DNA of 64,000 nt from Eledone cirrhosa (lineage: Eukaryota), in NCBI GenBank assembly GCA_964016885.1, contig OZ024743.1, positions 268,894,001 through 268,958,000 of the forward strand. Direction: 5' to 3'. A program made the translations under genes and the position numbers. The number at the start of each line of letters is the position of its first letter. The stretch's first letter is position 1. Positions 40,594 through 54,794 of this stretch are shown piece by piece. The notes under the pieces were generated by a model that saw only the letters and a program-made list of their open reading frames with translations, did not search any database and was not told the DNA's origin.

Positions 40594-40802
40594 TACGAGA
40601 GTCGGCTAAAAGGTTCATAGGCTGATTATGTAAGATTGATGTTAGAGCTGTGAAATTGTGCATGCATTAATTTAAACTTTCCTTTTTAATAAATGCATCG
40701 TTTCTTTATGTTGAAAAATAAACCTCATTTTGTCATTCTGTGAAAGTATCTTGGTCAGCTTATGAACTTTTCAGCCAATCAACATTTCAGTCGACCCTTG
40801 TA
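40594..40802. mobile_element. Mariner-type MITE (diverged)
   Basis: tacgagagtcggctaaaaggttcataggctga ... tcagcttatgaacttttcagcc ... gacccttgta. Confidence 0.5.
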
Positions 40803-41086
40803 TGAAAAATGTCTCATATCGTCACCATCCACCAACCCATCGTTTTATTTTGATAACGAGGTTTTAATTTACTGGGGGTTTGTCATGGCTGGGATGCCTT
40901 TGATCATAGTTCCACTAGATCATGACTGACTCAGTGACTAAACAGCAACAACTACTGTGTTCTTGAATATTTTCTTTATACTGACCCTGTGTTGACCTCT
41001 ACTACCGAATGCCTCGAAAATTCATCTCTCTTCTTCGCATTCCCTCTATCATTGTTGCTTATTCTTTCTTTCTTTTCTCTTATTCG

Positions 41087-41178
<92 letters not shown>

Positions 41179-41397
41179 CTCTCTGCTAAAATATAAGCTA
41201 AAAGTGTCTACATTTTATGTTCTGTTGCTTCAATTTTTGTTTCTATTCATTTGTTTCGGAGAAGGAGCGACTCTTTGTTCTTCGAGCTACGTAACTCTAT
41301 CAAGTAACGTTACACAAAAGACCCTTCGAAAGAACCCTATTTCAGCCGCTTGTATTCGCGATCGTATTCTTTCGGTCATTACCCAAGATACAGGACC

Positions 41398-42110
41398 ATG
41401 AGTAAGGGCTGGCACGAATACCTAATTGAAGATAGCGAGTTTGGCTTTTACCCCTACCTCCCTTCTTTTGATAACCGAATGCTGAAACTGGCGCAATACG
41501 GCACCAGCTCCTGCAATTCTTGCACTTAATTCAGCCTCCTGCCTTCCATCACTCATGAACATGGCTCCGAGATTCTTCTCCATCTGCATCAGTGGAATTC
41601 CTCTCACATGTAGAGTATACTGCGCAGGCTTCCTAGTGAGGACGAGTGTCTCAGTCTTTGCAGCACTGATTCTTCATTCCATCCATGCAGCACATGGCAT
41701 GAAATCAACCAAGAGCATGTCGAAGATCACCTTCTGGTCGAGTTACGAGTAATATCGTGTCGTTTGCAAATTCTATTCGACTAATCCTATCCCACCAGTC
41801 GGGATGCCACTTCCAACCCCGCTGCGCATGTCAATCCTGTTTATGAAGATTATGGACAGGAGAGCTGATAGTATGCACCCTTGACGGAATGTGACTCTCA
41901 CATGGAATGGTTTTGATGTAGCACCATTTATCCGAACACAAATACTAGGGCATTCGTATAGAGACATCAGAACAACAAGAAGCTGTCCATCGATCACATA
42001 CTCCTGTGGAACCTTTCACAGTAGGTCTCCTAGAACGCGGTCGTATGTCTTTTAGAGGTCTCCGAATCAAGCATACACCTTTTGCCAATACTTCCACAAT
42101 TTCTGAAAGA
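41398..42110 (-). pseudogene. RTE-clade (Rex3/Expander-like) RT fragment
   Basis: RQGCILSALLSIIFINRI, LFAND, LGAMFMSDGRQEAELSARIAGAGAVLR, KAKLAIFN. Confidence 0.85.
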
Positions 42111-42379
42111 CCTGCCACAGTGTGGAGATTTGGCCACCCTAGCTTTCCTGAAACAATTTCAACCATATATCTCACAATGTACTGTACAGGCTTTCCCAAA
42201 GTAATTTCAACTACATATGTTACACTACTTCATATAAACTATGTTAACTAATATGTCTTTTCCTAGTTCAATGGGTAATTTGAAGGTCATTTGGCTCCTA
42301 TTTCAAGCAGGCTGAGTTGTCATGCAGAGACTTCCTTATTGGTTCGTTGTGAATAAAGTATCATCGACAAGCAGATTCA

Positions 42380-43990
42380 ACAAAGAGTAAAAATAATTTG
42401 CAGCATTTGTTCCGGGTCCGTACGTTCTGAGTTCAAATCCTATCGAGGTCAAATTTGTCTTTCATCCTTCCAGAGCCGATGAAAAATAAAGTACCAGTCA
42501 AGTACTGGTATCGATTTAAACAATGCCTATACAATGTCTATCCTGGTCTCTATGTAATTGAGGTGAGAAGCGGTTAAACACCTTGTGGTTTTGAGCTAGA
42601 TCTCTTTAAAATTCGGGTTCAAATCACACCGAGGATGTTTTTGTCTTTACGTCACTCCCCACTGTGGAGGTCGTGGAATGGCAGTATCGGCAGAGCGTCG
42701 AACAATATGCTTTGTGGCATATAGTTATGTCCCTCTCCGTTCTGGGTTCAAATCCTGTCGAGGTTATCTATGCCTGTCATCCTTACAAGATCGATAAAAT
42801 AAAGTAGCAATAACTCACTGGGGTAGATTTAATAGGCTTCCCCCTCCCCGTCAAACAGCTGGCTTTGTGCTAAAAGTAGAAATAATCATCAAACCATTGT
42901 GAGGGGCGTGGATTAGCATAATCGTTATTGGCATTTAGTTACGGCTCTTTACGCTGAGTTCAAATCACACCGAGGTCAACCATGCCTTTCATCCCTTCAA
43001 GGTCGATAAATTAAAGTACCTGTAAGGTACTGAAGTTGATTTAATCAACCTTTCTCCCTCCTCCAAAATTACTGGTCTTGTGCCGAAATCAGAAGTACCA
43101 GTAATGCATAAAATAAAGTACCAGTAATGCACTGGGTAATTGCTGGCCTTGTGCCTAAAGTAGAAACAATTATTAAAAAAATTATCAAAGGCGATGGTTT
43201 GGAAGAACCGCTTTGCAGTATTTGTTCCGACATTTTACCTTATGAGTTCAAATCCCACTGAGGTCAATCAACCTCCCCTTTCTACCTTCCAGGGTCGATA
43301 ACATGAAGTACCAGTAAAGTACTTGGGTTTATATAATCGACTGCAACTCCTCCACACTCACGCAATTTCTACCATTGTGCTTATATTAGAAACACTTTCA
43401 AGGAGGTTAATGGGCAGAATGGTTAGATCGTCGGAAAATATATCTAACGATATTTGTTCCGGCTATCTACGTTCTGAGTTCAAACCAGGAGAATCGGTAG
43501 AGCGTCAATTCTTTGCAGTATTTCATCCGGTTTTTACGTTCTGAGTTCACATCCGATCAAGGTTAGATTTGCCGTTCATCCAACTGAAGTCGATGAATAT
43601 AAGTCTAAAGTATATCTCAATCCCAGAGGATCATCAACTTATCAAACTCATCAAGCCGGTGCTTATCCCGTTTTCCGTGCTGTGAAGTGACTGAGAATAC
43701 ATGAGACCCTCTGGACATGACACCAGTCCATCGCAGGGTTAAACCCCCAGAAAGTACCAATTAATTGCCCGGGATAATATAAGAAACTTTCCCTCATACA
43801 ACTGCTGTTTTTCCGACTAAATTAGAAACAATTCTTAAGGGCGGCAGATTAACAGAGCCATTAGAGTGTCAGACAATATATTTAGTTCCAGCTTTATACG
43901 CCATAAGTTCAAATCCCTCGATGATCGACTATGTCGTTCAATCTTCTGGGTCGATAAAAATAAACAAAATGAAGTACCAGTCAACTAAGT
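42380..43990 (+). mobile_element. Dense cluster of diverged family-A SINEs, mostly co-oriented
   Basis: At least seven gttcaaatc / gtcgataaa..aagtaccag cores. Confidence 0.75.
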
Positions 43991-44720
43991 GGGGTCTGTT
44001 ATCTCAGTGTGTGAATTAAAAGGCATTGTTAAACCATTGTCACGCCACCGTAACGTAGATCCCTGTATTTTCGTACCGTTTTGATGCTGTTTTTAAACTA
44101 ATTTCAAGCAAGGAGTTGTGTAGACATTAATGTTTACCAAGTCCTCCTTTTAACTTCAATATCAGGTTTCATAGGATCAAAGAAATGTGGTGGTGGTGGT
44201 GGTGGTGGTGGTGGTGTTGTTGTTGTTGGTTGTTGGTTGTTGTTCTTGTTCTTCTTCTTCTTCTTCTTCTTCTTCTTCTTCTTCTTCTTCTTCTTCTTTC
44301 CCCTTTTCCGTGTGATTTTCAAAACTATTCTATTTTATGTCGGGGAATGAAACCGAGCCGGTATTGTTTTGTTTCTTCGGTAATTCTCTTTTCCGTTTGT
44401 TTATTTATAACTGTCACACACACACACATACTCACCATCACACATGGACACATAACTAGACACATACATACACACATATATAAAACACCACACACATACA
44501 TACCGTCATACACATAAACGCCTGCATCATAATCAGCAAACACAGAAATAGATAAAATACAGAGTTTGTTGCACATGCACACATTGCGCATACATACATA
44601 TATGTGTATGTTTGTGTATGTATGTATGTATGTAAGGAGGTATGTATGTAAGTAGGTATGTATGTACATATATATATATATATATGTATGTATATATGTA
44701 TGTATGTGTGCGCATATATG

Positions 44721-44757
<37 letters not shown>

Positions 44758-45049
44758 ATGTATGTACATTAGTATCAATGAATGTATGTTTGTACATTAG
44801 TTATGTATGTATGTATATGTATGTGTGTATGTATATATGTATATATAAATATATGTATGTATATATACGAATATGTGTGTATGTTTCTACTACTCATCTT
44901 GATATTCATATATATATTTATTTATATATTCATTTATTCTTTAGTCACCATTTTTATTAGGAAGATAAACACACTCGTCAATCCACCATCACAACTATTT
45001 ACCTTCGTTGTCAAACTAATTAAAGTTTACTTCAGCACTTCCCATCAAC

Positions 45050-46142
45050 AGCACCACCCTCAATAACACCACCCTGTACGCCTCCACCATGAATATTATC
45101 TTTCTCCTCCTCATCACCATCGTCATCATCATCATCAACATCATCGCAATGACACTCATCAGAACCATCATCGTCATCACAATAAACAATGTCGCCATCA
45201 CCATCGTCATCACAACCTCCATTACCATATTCGTTATCGTTATGACCACCACGACAGTCACCACCACCACAAACACCACCACAAACACCACCACAGCCAC
45301 CACCGCCACCACTACCACCACCAACACCAGCACACCCATCACCACCACAACCTTCATCACCACGACCACAACCACAACCACTGCCACCACAACGACGACC
45401 ACCACCACCACCACCATAACCACCACCAGCACACCCATCACCACCACGACCACCACCACGACGACCACCACCAGCACCATAACCACCACCAGCACACCCA
45501 TCACCACCACGACCACCACCACGACGACCACCACCAGCACCATCACCACTACCACCACCATAACCACCACCAGCACACTCATCACCACCACGACCACCAC
45601 AACCACGACACCACCACCACTATAACCACCACCACCACCATCACCACCATAACCATAACCACCACCAGCACACTCATCACCACCACGACGACCACCACCA
45701 CCACCATAACCACCACCACCACCACCACCAAAACCACAACCACTAGCAACACAACCATCACCACCACAACCACCACCAGCACGATCACAAACACCACCAA
45801 AGCCACGACCACCATAATCATTACCACAACATCCACCACCACCACCACCACAGCCACCACAGCCACCACCACCACAACCACCAGCACGATCACAAACACC
45901 ACCAAAGCCACCACCACCATAATCATTACCACAACATCCACCACCACCACCACCACAGCCACCACAGCCACCACCACCACAACGACCAGCACGATCACAA
46001 ACACCACCAAAGCCACCACCACCATAATCATTACCACAACATCCACCACCACCACCACCATAATCATTACCACAACCACCACCACCACCACCACTACAAC
46101 CATCACTACCACCACCACCACCACCACCTCTACCACCATCCC
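45050..46142. repeat. CAC/ACC-rich low-complexity tract with internal duplications
   Basis: Degenerate trinucleotide repeat; ORFs are poly-T/V/G artefacts. Confidence 0.85.
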
Positions 46143-46364
46143 AATATATACACACCTTTCTCGACAGGTAAACAAACAAACAAAAAATAGCTCTGATTCT
46201 TTTCCATTATTTTCGGCACTTTTGTAAAAAATACTCTTCAAAGACGTTACATCCTGCTTAGTTAGGTTGTGTGTATATAAATACATACATACGTACATAC
46301 ATACGTACATACATAATACATACATACATACATACATACATACATACATACATACATACATACA

Positions 46365-46395
<31 letters not shown>

Positions 46396-46526
46396 GTATG
46401 TATATATGTATGTATATAAATACATACATACGTACGTACGTACGTATGTATGTATTTATATACATATATATATATACATATATAAATACATACATACGTA
46501 CGTACATAAATAAATACATATATACA

Positions 46527-46561
<35 letters not shown>

Positions 46562-46867
46562 GTATGTATATATGTATGGATATATGTATGTATATGCATG
46601 TATATGAATGTGTATTTGTATGTGTCTGTATTGCATTGTCGATTGTATAGCCAAAGATCTCAATTATTTGTTTACAATACGTGTTGTTGTCTGTTTGGAT
46701 ATAAGCTCGTGAACATGTATATTTGCACACCCCATACACACACACACACACACACACACACAACATATATATATATAGATATATGTGTGTCTGTGTGTGT
46801 GTATTCCTGAATTAATTATCAATGCACGAAAGACTGTGTTCGATACTTTGTAATATATATATCAAGG

Positions 46868-47680
46868 ACGGTTCATTCCTGGGTTTGGGGTCCTAATCAA
46901 CAATGGATTCCAACGTGCCCTTAAACTAGACATCCAGGAACTCAGACACCAAAACCCATGAATGAACCGGAACAAAAAACTCTACCATACATCTCCACAC
47001 ACAACCCCCTCAACAATGAGGCATTCGACACCATCCTCCAGAACATTCCTTTACTAAAAAGAGACCCAAGAATGAACAAAATCCTTCAAACACACAACAC
47101 CATAAAGAGCAAAAGACAACCTAAATCCATAAAAATATCCTCACACAAGCCCAAATCCAACAAACACTCACAATGAACCCTACAGTAACAAGATGCGGAA
47201 GGCCCGACTGTGGCATATGCATAAATCTAATAGAAGGTTCAACATTCCATTTTAAACAAGGACAGCGTTTCACAGTTAAACACAACTTCACATGTGCATC
47301 TGAAAACCTAATCTATGTTTTGACCTTAAAACCCTTCTGAATGGACTCAACACAAACTTACAATTCACAATGGATTACAGCCATAAACAACTCCCTTTCT
47401 TCGACATCCTCATCAAGAAAACAAGCAACAAAATAGAAACAGACATATACTACAAACCCACAGACTCCAAACAATACCTTCCATTCAACTCGTGCCACCC
47501 TAGACACACCAAAATGGCAATTCCTTGTAACCTAGCCAGAAGGATCTGCTCAATAGTTCACACGAAGTAAAACATTTTGTTTTAATCATTTTCTAACCCA
47601 GAAAAAAAGAGAGAGAGAAACAAAAAAGGAAATAAATATATTTTTCTTCCTAATAATCGTCTCTTTCTCCCTCTTTTCAC
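46868..47680 (+). mobile_element. Rearranged upstream partial copy of the PLE (linker, thumb, 3' tail) with a small 5' inversion
   Basis: 46893-47325 matches about 50762-51190; 47327-47560 matches about 50459-50690; cggttcattcctgggttt at 46870 is the reverse complement of 50823-50840. Confidence 0.85.
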
Positions 47681-47712
47681 ATATATATATATATATATAT
47701 ATATCCTAACTC

Positions 47713-49356
47713 GTGTGCCTCCTCTCCACATTTTATTATTATTATTATTCACTCCCACACGAGATACAGAAAATCCCTACTAAAACAAAAACAGACTCTG
47801 CTCTCATTAGGATCAATCAAGAGATATTCCAAGAACTACAAAAAATTAACTCTAATTTGTCAATACTCACCAACAAACTTAACTCTACAAGTGAAGAAAC
47901 AATCCCCAAATACACATCCTATGAAATCAACGACAATATCAATAACTTATGTGAAACAATAAAAACACACCTGAATAACAACACAAACCCTATTCAAGCG
48001 AACTAAAATACACATGACACTAATACACTTACAACTTACCAAATAAAAAACAAATTAATACCACAATGGTACACATCTCTTAAAAACAGGAAATTCTCCT
48101 TTTGGAAGATGATACAAAACAATAACAAAGCGGAGATCTATGAAAAATGGATTAACTCATCCCCATTAATCATCCCCCGCAAACTACAAATTAAATCCAT
48201 CCCAAACGAACCAGAGACACAAAGACGCCTCAGGGAAAGAATGGCACTTGATAACATGAAAACCGAAATTGAACTCCTTAAATTGAGAGCCCAAGCAAAT
48301 GAAGATAGGATCAAATCAATCGACGATGAGATTAATCTAGCAATTATCAATAAAACCAAAGACACCACCCTGGAAAATATTTCAAAATTATGGTTAGAGG
48401 AAGAATTTAAATCCCTTCAACGCTGGGAAATAAACGAAACCTGGCTCTCTAACTATGAAACACTTTTCCAAAAAGAACACACATCCAAGAACCCCTTCAT
48501 TAAAACCATAATAACAAGAAAACTCAATCAACACCCAAACACCACACAACAACCAACAACAACAAAAAAAAACAATACCTCCCCACATACCAACAAAAGA
48601 AGGCATCACCTCGCCCCTACCTCCTACATCCTCCACACAACTACCACACGGATTCCCAAGCAACAAATATAGTAATAGAGAAACATCAGCTACAAGATAG
48701 ACACTACAACTTCTCTCCCACCAGGAGAAACCATAAAACCCCCCACACTTACAACACCCCTAACATCCCCACACAACAAACCCACAACCATCATTACTTC
48801 CAACATAGAACCCAAAATACACAACTACCACACATGTCACACAGGGCCTCACAACCACACACCAGCTATAAGGAAACCTTAATCTACCCTCCTCCACTAA
48901 CCACACCCTACTACAACAACACCAGCAGGGGACAATACAACCACACCAGACACCCTAACCACTACAACCACCATAGCTACACACCATATAACAGCAACAA
49001 CAGGACTCAATATAACCACACAAGACAACCCCACTACAACTACCACCAAGTCTATACACCCTACTACAACAGCAGTGCTCAACACAACTTATACGATACA
49101 ACCCAACTTCAACAACCACCACAACTTCACACCCTATAACCACGTCCATCAAATCTACACACCTTACAACAACATCAGCAGGGCTCAATACAATCACACG
49201 ATACAACCTAAACTCAACAACCACCACAACTACACACCATCTTACAACAACAGCAGGAGCCAATAGAACTATAAGAGACATCCAAACTTCAACAGCCATC
49301 ACAACTTCCGTAATCATTTTTTAAACACAGCTCACAGACACAGGATTACAAGATAA
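47713..49356 (+). pseudogene. PLE ORF1 (disrupted): charged helical region, T/P-rich linker and 25-aa Y/N/H/Q repeats
   Basis: ORFs 47713, 48109 and 49075 share a frame, with internal stops and a frameshifted segment (48834); ends NHFLNTAHRHRITR-stop at 49356. Confidence 0.6.
49317..49326 (+). promoter_or_regulatory. Candidate -1 programmed ribosomal frameshift site (overlapping T TTT TTA and T TTA AAC)
   Basis: Both heptamers are in X XXY YYZ phase with ORF1; the -1 frame runs into the RT N-terminal motif. Confidence 0.55.
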
Positions 49357-51262
49357 CACAAAACACACAGGAGACACAAAATGCAATAAAAATTGTCAAT
49401 TTAACCTCTAAAGAATTAACAATAGACCAAATCAACATACTCTCCAAAGGTCTAAAATTTACACCAACTCCCTAACAACCAAACTACCCCGAAATGAAGG
49501 AAGATATTGCAGAATTCTGTAGAAAACTAAGACTCAGCGAACAACTATACGACAAATACAATGAGGATGACTCAATAGCCAGAAATAGAAGCAACTAAAG
49601 GGAGTGCAGTAGTCCTTATGGAGACAGATTATTACACAACTCTAGTATTCTTAACTCTAGAAAACGAAACATATGAAAAGGCCCAACATTACACACAACA
49701 GAAAATAATGAGAAACCTAAAATCCCTAACAACCCTTTACAAAGAAGGCCTTACAGACAAGGAATACAACTACATCACCAATTTCAAAAGCAGAACCAGC
49801 CTCTGCTACGGTATCCCCAAGACACACAAAGGCGAAGTAATAGGTAGAGCCTGCAAGCAAGCCACTGACGTTTACATCAATATAGCCCCTCCTGATGACC
49901 TTAAACTGAGACCCATAATAGCAGGCACCACATGTGAAACCCACCGCCTAAGCAACTTCCTAGATATTCTGCTTAAACCTTTCCTAAAACACATAAAAAA
50001 CTTCATAAGGGTCGACCTTGACATGCTCAACCACCTCCCAACAACACTCAATAACGAACATACCCTACTAGTAACCTTTGATGTCATCAATTTATATTCC
50101 AATATCCCACACAACCTAGGTATAGAGGCAATAAAATTCTGGATGGAAAATTTCCCTAGTGAACTCCCACAACGCATCCCTAAAGAATTTGTGTTGGAGG
50201 GATTCAAATTCATCTTGGAAAACAATTTCTTCGAATTCAATGCCAAATACTACAGACAGAAATCTGGGACTGCCATGGGCACGAAAGTAGCCTCCTCATA
50301 CGTCAACCTTGTCATGGGATATTTGGAAACCACTCAACCGCAAAGTTCTAGACAAATACGGCAACCACTTCTACCAACACATAGAAAAAAACTGGAAGAG
50401 ATGTCTGGACGACTGCTTCATCATCTGGCATGAAAGTATATATAGACTGATTGAGTTTAAAACCCTTCTGAATGAACTCAACACAAACTTACAATTCACA
50501 ATGGATTACAGCCATGAACAACTCCCTTTCCTCGACATCCTCATCAAGAAAACAAACAACAAAATAGAAACAGACATATACTACAAACCCACAGACTCCA
50601 AACAATACCTTCCATTCAACTCGTGCCACCCTAGACACACCAAAATGGCAATTCCTTATAACCTAGCCAGAAGGATCAGCACAATAGTTTCAGATAAATA
50701 CACATGCTACACACGACTAGAAGAATTAAAAAACACTTATCAGCAGAAACTACCCACCATCCCTAATCAACAATGGATTCCAACGTGCCCTAAAACTAGA
50801 CATCCAGGAACTCAGACACCGGAAACCCAGGAATGAACCGCAACAAAAAATTCTACCATATATCTCCACACACAACCCCCTCAACAATGAGGCATTCGAC
50901 ACCATCCTCCAGAACATTCCTTTACTAAAAAGAGACCCAAGAATGAACAAAATCCTTCAAACACACAACACCATAAAGAGCAAAAGACAACCTAAATCCA
51001 TAAAAACATCCTCACACAAGCCGAAATCCAACAAACCCTCACAATGAACAGTAACAAAATGCGGAAGGCCCAACTGTGGCATATGCATAAATCTGATAGA
51101 AGGCTCAACATTCCATTTTAAACAAGGACAGCCTTTCACAGTTAAACAACTTCACATATGCATCTGAAAACCTAATCTATGTTTTGACCTGCTCAGGTTG
51201 TCAAGAGCACTACATAGGACAGACAAAAAACAGCCTCTGTCAACGTATGACCGTCCATAAAT
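49317..51262 (+). pseudogene. PLE ORF2: reverse transcriptase and GIY-YIG endonuclease (stops, frameshifts, deletion near 49597)
   Basis: RT motifs in ORFs 49618-50433 and 50309-50836; GIY-YIG at about 51165-51260. Confidence 0.9.
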
Positions 51263-51441
51263 CATAGACAATTATTAAATATATAAATAGATAAATAAAT
51301 GCCATTGTTAAATAATAAATAGATCACTTCACACAAAGTAAAACATTTTGTTTTAATCGTTTTCTAACCCAGAAAAAAGAGAGAGAGAAACAAAAAAGGA
51401 AAAAATATATTTTTCTTCCTAATAATCGTCTCTTTCTCCCT

Positions 51442-51534
<93 letters not shown>

Positions 51535-51575
51535 TATATATATCCTAACTAGTGTGCTTCCTCTCTCCACATTTC

Positions 51576-51663
<88 letters not shown>

Positions 51664-52244
51664 CGTTCATTTTGATAACATTCAAATTGTTAACTATACA
51701 TACACTTGAACAAATGTAAACAAATATCGTTTCATCTCTCAGAGGACAGAAAATGTTGCTTTTGGCCTGTCGCAGTTTCGAACTTAGTTAAGATCTATTC
51801 GGAGACCACTCATCCACGTTTATCTCACAATGCAGTAAGAAATACCTTAAAGAAATGTGTAGCCAGTAAAGACCATAAACTTCAATCAATTATTTAGTTT
51901 ATATGAAGCATTTTCAGATATATAGTTAAGATTGTTAAAGGGAAGCTAGTAAAATGCAAGCTCGATATAAAGAAATGAAAACTAAAGTATAGAAAGACAA
52001 ATAGAACAAAATTATTGCTTTTTTTAAAGAATTGTCGTGTAATAGTAATGGTGATCGGAGCTCTTCTGCGATGATCTAAGGTTGGATGCGTGGGCGTGAG
52101 GGTGGGGTGGTCTAGGATGTTTTGTTCTTAAGTTCTACGCCTGACTTGCTGCGTGGCAGCTTGTGCATGTAAGTGTCTTTTTAATATAATCTCAAGTCCT
52201 CCCAATCTCTGGTTTTGAAATTGAACACACACATACATACGCAC

Positions 52245-52394
<150 letters not shown>

Positions 52395-53185
52395 CTATAT
52401 ATATAGTGAGAGAGAGATAAAAAAAAAAGAGAAATTGATAGATAGATAGATAAATAAATATACAGGGTGTCCATAAATTATCTTAACTCGAAAAATTTAG
52501 AAAAAGTGAAAACGTGAAGTTAACTCTACTGGGTTTATTGGAAAAGATAAGTAAACAAATCAAGTTTTATCAAAAACATCAGAACACTTTCATAATAGTT
52601 CTTTAACATGCAAAGAACTGTATTTATGGATTTTAATTCTATAGATACAATAAACTGTGGAAATTGTAAAGATAATTTATGGACAGCCTGTATAGTTAGA
52701 TAAATAGGTAGATATAAAACCAAATTACATAAAAGTGCCTTTAATGTCATTCTCAGTGAAATTTAGCCTGACAGTGTGGAACAGGGCTGGCTCTTTGAAT
52801 TACTGGCGTAGTCCATCCGACGGGCTTCCAAACAGTTTCTGTCTAACCAGTTTTTCTAACAAGGTGTATGTCAGTCCAAGGCTATGTTAGATGACATTTG
52901 TCCAATATGCCACACAGTGAGATCGAATCCGGGTACCTAATGATAGTTAGAACAATGAGGCAAAAAGAGACTGAGGATTTCTGCTGAAAAAAAAGGGGGA
53001 GTTTTAGGAACTATAAAATGTCTCCCTTCATTTTGAAGATGATAGGGTTTGACATGAGGGAGATTTGGCTGTTATTTTTAAGATGTAGAACGACGATTAA
53101 GATGGTTTATTGAGGCAGTTGAAATTTACAGGGGAGAACAGAGAACGCAGGCGGTGTAAAATGTATACACATGGCTTTGTCTTAG

Positions 53186-53600
53186 GTCCATTTGTTACTG
53201 TCCCATGCGCACTGGAGTCAGTTGTATCGATCTTAAAGCACTGAAACAACGTATCTACAGTAGTCGACTAATGAGAGGGAGACTGCCCTGTGTTTTGTCC
53301 GTTTTTCCGCTGTCTTCACCCAGCTTTTTAAAATTCAGTCTGTATGATTTTAGGAAAACGGAACACTTTTTCAAATTGATATATATTTATTTTACACTGC
53401 CTACGTTCTCTATTCTCTCCTCTCTTTCTCTTCCCTCTCTCTCTATGTAAATAATCAAAATATCAATTGTCTAGTCTTGTGTCCGTTGTTACTGTCCCAT
53501 GTGTACTGTAGCCAGTTGTATTGATATTAAAGCACTGAAACAACGTGTTACCAGCGGTCGACTGATGAGAGGGGACTGTTTTGTGTTCTGTCCGTTTTTC
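53186..53600 (+). repeat. Local diverged direct repeat of ~120 bp (53186-53307, 53481-53600)
   Basis: ttgttactgtcccatg...taaagcactgaaacaacgt...gtcgact(a/g)atgagaggg occurs twice. Confidence 0.8.
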
Positions 53601-53632
53601 AAATATCTATCTATTAATCTATCTATCCCTCA

Positions 53633-53706
<74 letters not shown>

Positions 53707-54794
53707 GGCGGTGTATTGGCAGAATCGGTAGAGGGTCGGACGCCATGCTTTCCAGCATAGTTACGTCCCTTTACGGTCTGAGTTCAAATCCCGTCGAGGT
53801 TAACTTTTCCTTTCATCCTTACGGGGTCGATAAAATAAAGTACCAGTAATGTACTGGGTAATTGCTGGCTTTGTGCCAAAAGTAGAAACAACTATATATA
53901 TATATGTGTGTGTGTGTGTGCGTGTGCGTGTGTAAGTATGCGTATTTTGTATAAACATTTTGAAAGCCTTCAGCTATGAATTTGGAAACTGATGACGTAG
54001 CACCATATTGATGACGGCTAGAATCAGAAATGACGTCGTCGTCAGTTACCCACCCTTTACAACGCCATTTACAGTTAGAAGATCAAAGGTGGTCTCTTCA
54101 CAGTCATTTCAACTGTTAGAAATAGCAGTCAATTCTCTCTCAAATATCACCCAACCAACTTTTACAAAGAAAAAAAAGAAGAACAGCAACAAAGAACACG
54201 TCGGCAACAGTTGGACTATATTTGAAATATAAATGAGATCGCTATGGCGTGATCATCTTTGATTATAGTATCATAGATCTGCTTGATTAGTTAAGACCTG
54301 AACTCAACAACAAACAACTTCAACTACTTTTATCAACATTTCTAAATACCCAGAAATGTTTTCTGGAAATATCTATTCAATAATTCTGAAACTTGGCAAA
54401 ATATCAACTTAACCAGCAACATACACACATTATCTGATAAAGAGATAAATGGACCTTCGTCGACTTCGAAGATGAGGGTTCGGGTTGTTTGCTCAATGGA
54501 ATAGCCAATTCATTAAATTAACGTGTTAGTGATTGAGTATTCTACAAACACGTGTACTCTTAACGTAATTCCAAATTCGAATCAGCCTGACACAGTATGT
54601 AGCTACGTTGGACATTTGAATTAGCTATACAGTCTATCTGATGTGCTTTCAGATAATTTCTATCACCCCAATATTACAAGGCTGGTAATATTGGTGAAAA
54701 AAATACTTGCCAAAATCGCCATACAGCTGGGTTGAACCCAGACCTTCATGGTTGTAAAGTGAACTTCTTAACCAATCGACTATTTAGCGATACA

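Larger units (their letters stand above)
47705..51580 (+). mobile_element. Near full-length, mutated Penelope-like element (Cys-linker, Neptune-like) with ORF1 and RT-GIY-YIG
   Basis: IVNLT..LSKGLKFTPT, KGSAVV, LRPII, LVTFDVINLYSNIP, YRQKSGTAMG, WKRCLDDCF, KCGRPNCGIC, NLIYVLTCSGCQEHYIGQT. Confidence 0.93.

Noticed and set aside
45016-46766. Long ORFs of 387, 394 and 178 aa (Gly-, Val- or Thr-rich)
   Set aside because: Stop-free translations of CAC-rich and (CATA)n repeats; no start or splice context supports a glycine-rich protein or mucin
53530-53580. GAAAC...GTC GA CTGATGA in type II hammerhead order
   Set aside because: Stem I needs a 3-nt insertion and stem II does not pair; the sister copy has CTAATGA
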